Below are positions 47,386-58,621 of a stretch of DNA of 64,000 bases, in pieces. Origin of the DNA: a bacterium (lineage in GTDB: Bacteria > Patescibacteriota > Patescibacteriia > UBA10025). Location of the stretch: assembly GCA_021815445.1 (NCBI GenBank), contig JAKAGM010000002.1, forward strand, positions 159,511 through 223,510, written 5' to 3'. The notes beneath the pieces are model-generated. The model was given only the letters and a program-made list of their open reading frames with translations. It did no database searches and was not told where the DNA came from. A program made the position numbers and the translations under genes. Position 1 is the first letter of the stretch. Every line of letters starts with the position of its first letter.

Positions 47386-47562
47386 TCAGATACGTTCCCA
47401 GCACATCGGACAGTAGTGCTTGCCCCCATGCACACACTGTAGGGCCTGAGCAGTGTCGAGTTCGTGCTTGCATTGTCTGCACGTAATCCCTGATCCTGGG
47501 AAGTTTTGGGACGGTGGCTGTTCATCCTCGACATTTGTTTCCTGCACATTTTGAGGTGTCAT
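47386..47562 (-). CDS. Hypothetical 58-aa zinc-ribbon protein (two CxxC pairs)
   Basis: MTPQNVQETNVEDEQPPSQNFPGSGITCRQCKHELDTAQALQCVHGGKHYCPMCWERI. RBS GGAAGGAG lies 8 nt upstream, and an in-frame stop immediately precedes the ATG. Below the ORF-track cutoff. Confidence 0.5.
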   Translation of the reverse strand: MTPQNVQETNVEDEQPPSQNFPGSGITCRQCKHELDTAQALQCVHGGKHYCPMCWERI

Positions 47563-47698
47563 CTAAAGAGCTCCTTCCCTCAAAAGGCGAGGGGGTGTAT
47601 GTGTTTTTGATTTTTTCCTAAACTGAAAGACCAGTCTACACGATATTCGGATTTTTGTAAAGACCCGAACCAGTCCCCCGGAAATTATACCGAATACC

Positions 47699-47732
47699 AA
47701 AAACCCCCGCCAGACAAACGGCGGGGGTTTGG
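47699..47732 (-). terminator. Terminator hairpin cccccgcc-agacaaac-ggcggggg flanked by A/T runs, downstream of the giant surface protein gene
   Basis: Perfect 8-bp GC stem. The minus strand carries the U-run, so it serves the gene ending at 47753. Confidence 0.6.
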
Positions 47733-47752
47733 AGTAAAATAGTTCAGCCGAA

Positions 47753-50700
47753 TTACTTAAACGTAATCTTACCGCTCGTGGTGCTGCCTTCAGTGCTGGA
47801 AATCTGGAAGCGGTAAGCGCCGCCTTTCTTGAAGAGTCCAGGTTTCAGCGTAAGATCGAGAGTTGAAGCATTCTTAAACTTCACGCTTACGCTTTGTCCG
47901 TTGATCAGGACGGATGTCTTACGGGTGAAATTTTCACCCCTGATTGTTGCGGCGGCAAGTTTGTTCTTATCCGCGAAATATTTCACATTGATCGAGCTTG
48001 TCACTTTCGGTGCGAGGTTCTTCATTGACATACTGGCGCCAACGACGGCTATTTTCTGTCCTACGGGGTACTTGGTATCCCGCGTGAATCTCCCGTTCTT
48101 CGGGTTGTAGCTGAATACCGCCGTGTCATCGCCGGCCTTGGCAACGAGGGCGCCGACGCCCTTCACGTATGCTTCGAGCGCAGTGACCGTAGTTGATCCC
48201 GAAAATCTTTTTACCCCTATTTTCATCGTTCCTGACGACCGGTAGTTGCTCGTGATGTCGTAGGTGATTACCTCACCGGCGCCTTTTACCGTTCCGACCA
48301 GAATGTCTTCGCGTCCATCCTGCGTGACATCGGCAAAGACCACATTAAGCCCTTTCTTATACCCGCCGACCGGCACCAACTCTTTCACTTTGCTTACATT
48401 CGGGTTGTTTTTCTTGTTGCCGGTGACTTTGTAGACGATGACTTTTGAGACATCCTTTGTCATTTCAGCGGGAGCCGCAACGATAACCTGGCCGTTTTTC
48501 CCTCCAAGGTTCGCTGTCAATACGGTGACAGCGCCTTTATACTTGCTGAACGGGATAAACGATTTTCCGATCCCGACGGTGATTTGCGTCTCGCCATTTT
48601 TATTCTTACCCGTGGTGACGCCCGTGAGGTTGGTTTTTGATGCTTTGACGCCGGCAGTGCTTACGATTGAGTGGACCGAGAAGTGAGACAGGCCGGTTAC
48701 CGTCAGAGTCTTGTTCGTCGTATCCTGGAGAATGTTGTCCGGTTTTTCCCAGGCTCCGGTGGAGGCATTATAGAATTTCGGAACAAGCGAATTCTCGGAG
48801 ATGCCAAGCTTGTCCAAAATATCAGTGCTGTATTTGTACAGGATGCTGACCGTGGATGCCGCGAACTTGGTGATTTCCGAACCGTTTTGAATCGCCTTAA
48901 ATTCGTATCCGAAACCGAATGCCGGCTGATCAGTCTGCGTCGTGTTGATTTGCACTGTCGGCGTCGCTGTTACCGTTACCGATCCCGACGTGGCGATAGA
49001 ACCCGCCGGCATAGTGACAGTGGTGCCGTCCCGCAACGTGAGCACTGACTGTTGTGTCGCGTCAAATGTCGTTGATACTGCGTCGGGAAGCTGTACGACG
49101 TTCTTTGAGAGCTGGAAGTTCTGAGTGTATTTACCTGCGCTTGCCGTCACGAGCATCACTTCATCGCTACGGTAGAAATCACGGCTCTGGGGACTGTCGG
49201 CGCCTATATGCCATGTCGCGCCTGAATTAATATTCAGTTTGTAGGTTCCGTTATTTATCGGCCCGCCTGAGAATCCGCCGCTTTCAGACCATGCGTGGAC
49301 GAAACCGTTCGTCACGGGCGCGTTTCCTATTTTCACTGTTCCTGTCACTGTTACATCCGAAGTTTGGAGGATCATGACAAGATCACAGCTTTTTGCAGCG
49401 GTGAGATCGCACCGTTGCATCGGCGCGGGCATATACTGACTTTCAGGAGGCAGGCCGTTATTGACCGTGTACTTGTGGCCGGACACCACCGCAATGGTCG
49501 CTGTCCCGTTTTCATCCGTCTGGCTTCCGCCGTTGATTTGCTTGTTAAAATCTTCTTCTTTCGGGCCGATGCTATGATCCGTAGATTCACCTTTCACCTT
49601 TACCGGCAGGAATGCCGCGCCCGTCAGTGTGCCCGCCGGGCCAAACTTGCTGCATTCCGTTTGGTTTTCAGGTTTTGAACAAAACGTTTTGCATTCTGTT
49701 TCAGACTTGCACCCGCCGGGTCCTGTTTGCGGGCCGTTGTTGGGTTGACCGGGGCCCGAGCTTGGCCCTTTGACGCCGAAGAAACGGCCGCACTCGTCTT
49801 TATTTTGCGACTTGCTGCAAAATTGGCTACATTCATACGTATTCGTACAGCCGCCCGGGCCCTTGGAGCCGGCCGGGAGCTTGTCATTCTGGCATTCGCT
49901 CTTGTGCTTTACATCAAGACAGTATTTCATGATTGATTGCGGATCGGTGTTCCCGCCCGGACCCTTTTGGTCCGCGAGGCCTTTGGGGCCTTCACCGCCG
50001 GGGCCGCCTTGGCCCTGGTTACCCATAGGACCGCCGAAAATTTCCTCATGATTGTCCGCTCCGACCCAGACATGGGGGACTTTGTTGCCTTTCGGGTCTA
50101 CAACAGTTACCCGGATTTTTGCGTCGGACGCGACTACTACGATATTCTTAGCGACCCGGTCATTGGCCTTTACCACGATCGGGTCGGGCGACGGGGGCCG
50201 GTTCATAAATCCGGAACCCTCATCCAAATGATAACCGAATTGGTATGTGCCGGGGCCTACCGAGACCTCATATGAGCAGTCCGGCTTAATCTGCGTGTTG
50301 AAGCCGTTGCCTTTCTCAAAGTTATTGACAAATACTTCGCCGAAGAACCGGGCGTCGCCCGAGGCGGTGCATGACGTCAGAGGTATGCCGTCGGGTGTTA
50401 CTACTGCCCCGTAGATAGACGAAGTGTTTTGAACAATAGTGAGATCCTGAGTTGTAGTGCTGTTTGCTACGACGGTTACCGTCGGGTTTGTTTTTACCGA
50501 GAATTGGACGTTTTGGGGAAAATGAATACCGACCTGCACGACTGAGAGTACTTTCGATGGGAGCTTAATGGTGTAACGGCCGTTATTGACCGGGCCGCCA
50601 AACTCGTTCGAAGGGCCGCCGTTTGTCGACTGGAGCGGCCGGGCGTATGCCCATCCCGGCATCTGGGGGACGACATTGCCGCTCTCATCGAGAATGCGCC

Positions 50701-51949
50701 CTGTGATCGTCGCATCGGCGTACTGCAGGGTAATGTTGCCCACACTGGCGCTGTCCGTATCGGATGCGATTTTCGCATCGATCGGCTGGCCGCTGTAGAT
50801 GTAATTAGCGTCAGGGCCCTGGTCCACATTTATGTGGCACATGCCCGTAGTCGTCAAAATGTCGAACGTACCGTCGGCGGCAGACGTTCCGTTTGAATTT
50901 GTTCCCTGGCCTCCGCCTCCGTTCGTGGCGCCCAATGGATCGCAGTTTGCATTCAATCTGATGCTAGCAAGCGGAGCTCCGCTGGCATCGACGAGTTTCC
51001 CTGTTATGTGCGCAGTTTTCTCTTTCACTATGAGAGTTACGGCAGTTGTTTGCCCGTCATTAGCGTTGATTGGTTGGGGTTGTGCGGAAAATTTTCCATT
51101 CTGATCGAAATAGTTCACAAAGTAACTCCCCGAAGGCACTCTCAGGGTTATGACATTCGTGTTATTGAGGGGCTGACCATTGCCGCGTCCGTCGCTGGAT
51201 CGCACATCAACTTGTCCGCTGGTTACCGGCGTACCGTCAGTTGTCGTGACGGTGACGACTACGGTTGCTTTTGCAGGAGTCACCGTGAGGTTCAATGTTT
51301 GAGTCTGAGCCGTAGTATCGTCCGCAAAATTAACCTCCTGAGGCGGGCCGTCGTAAATCCAATCGGCTGCTGGCGCATCCGGAGCAGTGTCGGGGTTTAC
51401 ATTTACGCCGTAGTGGCCTCCGCCGACTGATAATGTGTATGCGCCATTCGCATCTGTCTTGGTGCTCATGCCGCCCTGGCCATTGAATATCCATGCGTTA
51501 ACCATTGCACCCGATACCACGGCGCCGGTTGTCATTTTTACTGTCCCCGAAATTGTTTTGGTGGCAGCCTTCAGAGTCATGTTCTGGGTCATGTCGCTAC
51601 TCACCGTGATGCTGACGGGATCCGCATTCATTACGCCTGAGAGTCCCCAAGGGGTATACGCCTCGAGTTTATACGTGCCGGCCGGGACATTTTGAATTTG
51701 GTACTGCCCCTGGTCGTTCGTCCCTCCGCCATAAAATTTGCTGAAATCGTCAGTTCGGACATTTACTCCGGTAAATTGGACCGGAGTGACACCGTCCGGT
51801 TTATAGACAACTCCGGAAACAGTGAAACCGGTATCTGCCAGGGCAGTCGAGACGCTCGGCGGTGATATGAAAACCCAGGGTACCGTAAGGAGTACCGTCG
51901 ATATCATCGCTACCGTAATCTTAAGTTTTCTCATTATTCTGTCGCGCAT
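47753..51949 (-). CDS. Very large secreted/surface protein: signal peptide, about 7 carboxypeptidase-regulatory-like (transthyretin-fold) domains, a triplicated Cys-rich module, an FG-GAP/VCBS-like segment and a C-terminal IPT/Ig-like domain
   Basis: Repeated GxVxDxxGxPxxGAxV units (e.g. TISGTVKMTTGAVVSGAMVNAW). Cys module ECxxxCSKxxNKDEC occurs 3 times. Segment VTQDGREDILVGT. Start taken at ATG 51949 (MRDRIMRKLKITVAMISTVLL); ATG 51934 is an alternative. Confidence 0.8.
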   Translation of the reverse strand: MRDRIMRKLKITVAMISTVLLTVPWVFISPPSVSTALADTGFTVSGVVYKPDGVTPVQFTGVNVRTDDFSKFYGGGTNDQGQYQIQNVPAGTYKLEAYTPWGLSGVMNADPVSITVSSDMTQNMTLKAATKTISGTVKMTTGAVVSGAMVNAWIFNGQGGMSTKTDANGAYTLSVGGGHYGVNVNPDTAPDAPAADWIYDGPPQEVNFADDTTAQTQTLNLTVTPAKATVVVTVTTTDGTPVTSGQVDVRSSDGRGNGQPLNNTNVITLRVPSGSYFVNYFDQNGKFSAQPQPINANDGQTTAVTLIVKEKTAHITGKLVDASGAPLASIRLNANCDPLGATNGGGGQGTNSNGTSAADGTFDILTTTGMCHINVDQGPDANYIYSGQPIDAKIASDTDSASVGNITLQYADATITGRILDESGNVVPQMPGWAYARPLQSTNGGPSNEFGGPVNNGRYTIKLPSKVLSVVQVGIHFPQNVQFSVKTNPTVTVVANSTTTQDLTIVQNTSSIYGAVVTPDGIPLTSCTASGDARFFGEVFVNNFEKGNGFNTQIKPDCSYEVSVGPGTYQFGYHLDEGSGFMNRPPSPDPIVVKANDRVAKNIVVVASDAKIRVTVVDPKGNKVPHVWVGADNHEEIFGGPMGNQGQGGPGGEGPKGLADQKGPGGNTDPQSIMKYCLDVKHKSECQNDKLPAGSKGPGGCTNTYECSQFCSKSQNKDECGRFFGVKGPSSGPGQPNNGPQTGPGGCKSETECKTFCSKPENQTECSKFGPAGTLTGAAFLPVKVKGESTDHSIGPKEEDFNKQINGGSQTDENGTATIAVVSGHKYTVNNGLPPESQYMPAPMQRCDLTAAKSCDLVMILQTSDVTVTGTVKIGNAPVTNGFVHAWSESGGFSGGPINNGTYKLNINSGATWHIGADSPQSRDFYRSDEVMLVTASAGKYTQNFQLSKNVVQLPDAVSTTFDATQQSVLTLRDGTTVTMPAGSIATSGSVTVTATPTVQINTTQTDQPAFGFGYEFKAIQNGSEITKFAASTVSILYKYSTDILDKLGISENSLVPKFYNASTGAWEKPDNILQDTTNKTLTVTGLSHFSVHSIVSTAGVKASKTNLTGVTTGKNKNGETQITVGIGKSFIPFSKYKGAVTVLTANLGGKNGQVIVAAPAEMTKDVSKVIVYKVTGNKKNNPNVSKVKELVPVGGYKKGLNVVFADVTQDGREDILVGTVKGAGEVITYDITSNYRSSGTMKIGVKRFSGSTTVTALEAYVKGVGALVAKAGDDTAVFSYNPKNGRFTRDTKYPVGQKIAVVGASMSMKNLAPKVTSSINVKYFADKNKLAAATIRGENFTRKTSVLINGQSVSVKFKNASTLDLTLKPGLFKKGGAYRFQISSTEGSTTSGKITFK

Positions 51950-52144
51950 AGAAGGTTTTTTCTTAATTATTGTTTTATTAAATATAAAAAAACACGGCGC
52001 TCGCATGATACGGTCGCACACTAAGGAGATTGCTTCGTTTGACCCATAAGTAGCTTTGATAACAGCTAAAAGATGAGTAATGATGGTTTTTATTATTGTT
52101 TGCATATAGAACCTAGCATATTTTTTTTAAAAAAGCAAGAGCAT

Positions 52145-52174
52145 TTGTCAGTAAGGTTAAAGTACGGATATAAT
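52145..52174 (+). promoter_or_regulatory. Promoter TTGTCA-18 nt-TATAAT ending 8 nt before the ATG at 52183 (near-leaderless)
   Basis: TTGTCA at 52145-52150 and TATAAT at 52169-52174. Confidence 0.45.
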
Positions 52175-52182
52175 GAACAAAG

Positions 52183-53130
52183 ATGACTTACCTCGAAAAA
52201 GCGATTATTTCGGCGATTGCGTATTTTGACCTCTTTGATTATCCGCTGACTTCCTTTGAAGTATGGCGGTGGCTCTATACTGATTCAGAGGGTGAAAACG
52301 TTCCTTGCCCTTTGCGGGATGTTTTACGAGCATTCGCAAAAAGCCAGTATCTGCACGAGCGTTTAGAGTTCCGTGAGGGATATTACTTTTTGAAAGGAAG
52401 GGGAGACATTGTCGTCAGTCGGCAATCCCGTTATCGAATAGCGGAAAAGAAGTATCTACGGGCCAGGAAGCTGGTGAAGGCGCTCAGTATGATTCCGTTC
52501 GTCCGCATGATCGCCGTCTGTAACAAGCTCGGGTACAACAACAATACACTGGATAGCGACATTGATGTCTTTATCATCTGTGCTCAAGGCCGATTGTGGT
52601 TCACAAGGTTGATGGTGACGCTGGTGACGCAGTTCGCCGGCATGCGGCGCCATGGCATTAACATTTCCCAGCGTGTTTGCCTGAGTTTCTATCTTTCGAC
52701 ATCCCGCCTGTCAATCCACGACCTTGCTAAAACCCCGTCAGATCCTTACCTGTCCTATTGGATAAGCCACCTGTATCCGCTTTTCGGCGCAGATACGTAT
52801 CACGCTTTCATGGAAGCCAACCGCTGGGTTCAGAAAACGTTGCCGAATCTCCAGTCCGTCTCGGCTTCACCGCGCAGAACTGTCGGGCAGGGTCGCCAAT
52901 CGAGAGTCCAAAGAATGTTTGAGATTGTTTTCCGCGGTCCTCTCGGCGCAATGTCTGAGAAAATCGCAAAATCTGTCCAAATGAAAAGGATAGCCCGGAA
53001 TCCGGACAGCCATTTAAAAGAGCATACCTCTGATGTCGTCGTGGATGACACCGTCCTCAAGTTCCACGAACAGGACAGGCGGATTATTTTCCGCCGGCAA
53101 TTTGAGCAACAATGTTCGCGTCTTTTGTAA
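52183..53130 (+). CDS. Hypothetical protein with nucleotidyltransferase-fold motif
   Basis: Pol-beta-like motif KLGYNNNTLDSDIDVFII (G[GS]...D.D). It overlaps the downstream O-antigen-ligase-like gene by 19 nt. Confidence 0.5.
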   Translation: MTYLEKAIISAIAYFDLFDYPLTSFEVWRWLYTDSEGENVPCPLRDVLRAFAKSQYLHERLEFREGYYFLKGRGDIVVSRQSRYRIAEKKYLRARKLVKALSMIPFVRMIAVCNKLGYNNNTLDSDIDVFIICAQGRLWFTRLMVTLVTQFAGMRRHGINISQRVCLSFYLSTSRLSIHDLAKTPSDPYLSYWISHLYPLFGADTYHAFMEANRWVQKTLPNLQSVSASPRRTVGQGRQSRVQRMFEIVFRGPLGAMSEKIAKSVQMKRIARNPDSHLKEHTSDVVVDDTVLKFHEQDRRIIFRRQFEQQCSRLL

Positions 53131-54458
53131 AATTTCTTAAAGCTCACGGACAGTACACGATCCTTGTGCTGGTCATCTTCTTGTTGCCCTGGCAAGCGCA
53201 GTATATTTTCCAGCAGGGCAGTCTTGGCGGCGAATTGTGGCAGTACGGCACCGTCAGCCTCTACGCCGTTGATATTCTCATCATCCTGCTTTGCCTGTCC
53301 GTAGTGCTTTCCAAACGCCGGGAGCAGCGTACGTTCCCCGCGTACCTTTGGTTCGTCCTTTGCGCTATCATGGCTGCCGCTTTTTTCTCAGTCATTTTCG
53401 CGCAGAACCAGCTGGTCAGCTGGTACCATGTGCTGGTGCTGTTTGAGGGCATTGCGCTCTTTTGGCTTTTATCGCGGGAATTTTTTTCGTCACACTCGAT
53501 TTCCTTTGCCCTTGTCAGTGCGGGCATCCTCCAGAGCGTGCTCGCGACTGTTCAGTTTTTTACGCAAAAAGTTTTTTCTTCCACGCTCTTGGGTACCGCG
53601 TTGCATGTGCCTGAGCAGGTCGGGCAGTCGGTGATAGAGGCCGACGGCAGGTTCCTCCGCGCGTACGGTACGTTCCAGCATCCAAATTTGCTTGCCGCGT
53701 TCCTTGCCATATGTCTTTTGTTCGGCATCGCGCGGTACCTCACCTCGAGAGGGAAAGGAGAACGGTCGTACATTATCTCGGGCATTATGTTGATGACGTT
53801 CGCGCTTGTCCTCACCATGAGCAGGGCGGCGTGGGGAATTTTCGGCGCGGCTTTCGTCGTGGCTATCGCCATATTTTGTCTCACTGACCATTTCAAGCTT
53901 ATTCGCAGGAAAGTTTATTTTCTCGTGATCGCCGTTGCTCTTTCACTTGCCGCAGGTGTCATGATGACAGCCCCGCTTATCACGACGCGGATTCAGGGCG
54001 AGGCCCGTCTCGAAGTGCAGTCCACCACGGAGCGGCTCAGCGGTTATCAGGATGCATGGAAGATTTTCAAAGATTCATGGCTGCACGGTACCGGCATCGG
54101 CATGTTCACCGAGACTGTGCATCTCCGCGTCGACCCCTCGAGGCCGATGTGGGAGGTACAGCCTGTCCACAACATCTACGTGCTCATTACCGACGAAATC
54201 AGTATTTTTGGCATCGTATTCTTTCTCCTCCTCATCTATGAGGTTGTACAGATGTCGCTTCGAAAAGCGAGAGGTTTTTCTGAGCCCTGGGGGATCATGG
54301 TACTTATTACACTGCTCTCGACGCTCGTCTTTGGGCTTTTTGACCACTACTTTTGGACCCTACATTCAGGAGTTTTGTTGTTTTGGGTTGTTCTTGGCCT
54401 ATCAGTTTCATATGCCAATAAAGGCTATTCACAGGATGTGGATAAGTCGTATCCTTGA
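53112..54458 (+). CDS. O-antigen ligase/polymerase (Wzy_C)-family polytopic membrane protein
   Basis: More than 10 predicted TM helices and a periplasmic loop with a Wzy_C-like signature (TMSRAAWGIFGAAFVVAIA ... HNIYVLITDEISIFG). Confidence 0.7.
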   Translation: MFASFVKFLKAHGQYTILVLVIFLLPWQAQYIFQQGSLGGELWQYGTVSLYAVDILIILLCLSVVLSKRREQRTFPAYLWFVLCAIMAAAFFSVIFAQNQLVSWYHVLVLFEGIALFWLLSREFFSSHSISFALVSAGILQSVLATVQFFTQKVFSSTLLGTALHVPEQVGQSVIEADGRFLRAYGTFQHPNLLAAFLAICLLFGIARYLTSRGKGERSYIISGIMLMTFALVLTMSRAAWGIFGAAFVVAIAIFCLTDHFKLIRRKVYFLVIAVALSLAAGVMMTAPLITTRIQGEARLEVQSTTERLSGYQDAWKIFKDSWLHGTGIGMFTETVHLRVDPSRPMWEVQPVHNIYVLITDEISIFGIVFFLLLIYEVVQMSLRKARGFSEPWGIMVLITLLSTLVFGLFDHYFWTLHSGVLLFWVVLGLSVSYANKGYSQDVDKSYP

Positions 54459-54570
54459 CTGCCTTTTTGCCTTACTCTACAATGAAAATCACTCGAAATT
54501 AGCACTCAAACTATTAGAGTGCTAAGTTCAGCGAGAACTCTTAATTAACAGCTAATTTGTTTTTCACACT

Positions 54571-54849
54571 ATGAAACTCAAACCACTCGGCGACAGAATC
54601 GTCGTCAAACCTTCCACGCAGGAAGAGGTCACTAAGTCGGGTATTGTCCTCCCCGATACCGTTGAAAAGGAAAAGAAAGAAGAGGGCGAGGTTATCGCCA
54701 TTGGCAGCGGCGAAAAGATCGCCAAGCTGAACCTCAAGGTTGGGGACACGGTCATTTTTGGCAAGTATTCGGGCGACGAAGTGACGCTCGACGACATCGA
54801 GTACAAAGTCCTCAAGGATGAGGATGTTTTGGCTGTCATTGAAAAATAG
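54571..54849 (+). CDS. groES: Co-chaperonin GroES
   Basis: MKLKPLGDRIVVKP... sequence typical of GroES. Confidence 0.95.
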   Translation: MKLKPLGDRIVVKPSTQEEVTKSGIVLPDTVEKEKKEEGEVIAIGSGEKIAKLNLKVGDTVIFGKYSGDEVTLDDIEYKVLKDEDVLAVIEK

Positions 54850-54860
54850 GCACTGCTTAA

Positions 54861-56544
<1,684 letters not shown>

Positions 56545-56569
56545 GACAGTTTGTCACATGATATTCAAA

Positions 56570-56596
56570 GCGCAGGCGTAAAGGCCTGCGCTTTTT
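56570..56596 (+). terminator. Rho-independent terminator gcgcaggc-gtaaag-gcctgcgc-TTTTT after groEL
   Basis: 8-bp GC stem plus a T5 run. Its stem sequence is identical to the post-elp3 hairpin. Confidence 0.65.
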
Positions 56597-56664
56597 GGTT
56601 GGTCTTGACAAAGGAGGCACTATACTGTAAATTACCCAGTCCCAAAAGGAGGATAGCTAACAAG

Positions 56665-56916
56665 ATGAACAAGAAACTGGCCTTTGTACTACTCGTTCAG
56701 ACATGGATCCTGGCAAGAGAAATTGGGAACCGCAACTCCCCAGATCCTGCCGTGTACGCCAATTTCGCAATTTCTACTCTTGCGCATGCGATGAGGATCC
56801 CAGAGGAAATTATCCCGGACAATATTGAAGAAGCATGCCGGGAATACTGCTACTGGCAGAGCCGTCACGCCGGTGCCGAAAGACCTTCTTGGCTTCCTCC
56901 AACGCCCTTAACGTAG
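56665..56916 (+). CDS. Hypothetical 84-aa protein
   Basis: aaaggagg lies 11 nt upstream of ATG 56665 (MNKKLAFVLLVQTW...). The ORF-track start at 56551 would lie inside the groEL terminator. Confidence 0.3.
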   Translation: MNKKLAFVLLVQTWILAREIGNRNSPDPAVYANFAISTLAHAMRIPEEIIPDNIEEACREYCYWQSRHAGAERPSWLPPTPLT

Positions 56917-56935
56917 GTTACTGGGCGTTTTTTCT

Positions 56936-57007
56936 TGATACTGGGTCCGCATCTTGGAGAAGGTGCGCTCGAGGTAAATTATATTTCCCGAGCGTAGGCC
57001 GCGGCGC
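56936..57007. repeat. Degenerate REP-like pair: ccgcatcttggagAAGGTGCGC plus GC stem cgagcg-taggccgcggcgcctg-cgctcg
   Basis: The right arm and ggag loop are identical to the 43868 copy, but the left arm carries 2 substitutions. The adjacent gcctgcgctc matches 43851-43860. Confidence 0.55.
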
Positions 57008-57173
57008 CTGCGCTCGTACATGTTTGTGTATAAAAAAACGCAGGGTCGGAGAAGACCCTGCGGGAGAAGAAATCATAGGAGCTTAAGACGTTGAGAGTGA
57101 ATTATCACATTATCCAACCGGTGTAGAGCTGCGTAATGAGTACTGCTGAGATGAACGGTGGCGCGGTGATCCC

Positions 57174-58397
57174 TTACCCCCAGAATTCAGGATGCTTGAC
57201 GAAAAAGCTCTGCATCGCGCCCAGAACCTCCGGAGGGAGGCAGTCGCTGTTGCCAGGGTGCTGACCGACGACGGTGTCAATCCATTGTCGGGCCTGGACA
57301 AAGGTTATCCCGTATAGCAGGCCTTCCGGGTCCGCTTTTTTACCTCGCCGTATGCTCGACGGGTCAACCCGCACAAACGCGAAGTTCGGCAACCCCTCCT
57401 TATTTGGAGAGAAAACTCCGTACTCGATACCCAGAATCGGGCTCGTTGGCGTCTTGGCGGAGTCGCCGGCCAGAGTGCGCTTGAGGCCCTGGTCAAGCCT
57501 GAATCGGTTTCTTTCAGCCGCCGGCAGTTTCGACTCCTCCAGGAGAATGCGCAAATCGTTCAAACTTCTCTTGGCATCACTTTCAGGTCCTGGATACATG
57601 ATGGCATTGATGCGTATTCGGGGAATCGGGCCCGGTAATAGGACATTCATCTGCGGAGGTGTCGTGAAAATGCCGAGTACGGGTTCACGCTGTTCCCGGA
57701 ATCCCCAGATGACGCAGATCAGCTGCCGTCGCCGTTGTTCCACATGCTCGAGAAAGATGGGAATGGCGGCCAGCTGGAGCACATTGCGAAAACAGGAATT
57801 CTGGTACTCACCGCGACCGCTGACTTCCATGAGCTCTTCAAGCGTGATGTAGTCTAGCTTGAAGATAGGCGCATCAGTTTCATCGGCAGAGCTCATCGCC
57901 TTGGCGTCGAGCTGGAGGAACATGACCCAGGGAAAGGAGGATCCATTCCGATCAGGCACCGGACGGTGATCGCAATGGCCCGGCATAATCACGCTCTTTT
58001 TCACCCTGTCGTTACCGCCGGTGAGGATGTCGACCGCGTGGTTTATGCAAACCCCCATCGAGTTGGTGTAGTATCTGCAGGAGTTGACTTCGCCCCGCTC
58101 CATAGAGCGCTCCCTGGCGGTGCGCATATCGTTGTCGAATCCGGGCGTGTTCATGACATCTTTCATGAGCAGTGTCGGTATGGGGCCGAAAACGGGAGAT
58201 TCCGCCGGCCAGCCATCGGTAACCATGCCAATGCGGACATGATCGTGCTCATCTTCCATCCAGACAATGCAGACCAGCGGCAATGTTTGCTCGTCACTCT
58301 GCACATTGTCGTAAAAAGACGGTACCGTCCAGGCGCCTAGGCGGAATGCGTCCAAGCGTGCTGACTTGGTTGATCTAATTGCCCTTTGTTGTGGCAT
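57174..58397 (-). CDS. Hypothetical 407-aa protein, no recognised domain
   Basis: Long ORF with biased codon usage. GC looks higher than in neighbours by eye. Flanked by REP-like repeats at 56936-57007 and 58507-58686. Confidence 0.6.
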   Translation of the reverse strand: MPQQRAIRSTKSARLDAFRLGAWTVPSFYDNVQSDEQTLPLVCIVWMEDEHDHVRIGMVTDGWPAESPVFGPIPTLLMKDVMNTPGFDNDMRTARERSMERGEVNSCRYYTNSMGVCINHAVDILTGGNDRVKKSVIMPGHCDHRPVPDRNGSSFPWVMFLQLDAKAMSSADETDAPIFKLDYITLEELMEVSGRGEYQNSCFRNVLQLAAIPIFLEHVEQRRRQLICVIWGFREQREPVLGIFTTPPQMNVLLPGPIPRIRINAIMYPGPESDAKRSLNDLRILLEESKLPAAERNRFRLDQGLKRTLAGDSAKTPTSPILGIEYGVFSPNKEGLPNFAFVRVDPSSIRRGKKADPEGLLYGITFVQARQWIDTVVGQHPGNSDCLPPEVLGAMQSFFVKHPEFWG

Positions 58398-58621
58398 TTA
58401 GTGCTCCTCTCGGTTGATTTTCAATGTAACTATTGTTGATTTTCTTATTTTTACTTGAGCATCTTAACACCGGGTTATAATGAGCGTCAATGTTGGGTTC
58501 TTTATACCCAGTTCGCGCACGCAGCCTTCTCCCTGAGGGCTCAGGCCCGAATGGGAGACGGGTGCTCTCGTGGGAAATAAATCAAACCGAGCCAGGGGAG
58601 CTCCGCCCATACTTGACCAGG

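Noticed and set aside
47019-47549. 176-aa minus-strand ORF spanning the uvrA 3' end
   Set aside because: It is out of frame with the convincing 58-aa zinc-ribbon ORF (47386-47562) and mostly antisense to uvrA. The zinc-ribbon ORF has an RBS, a bounded start and a terminator.
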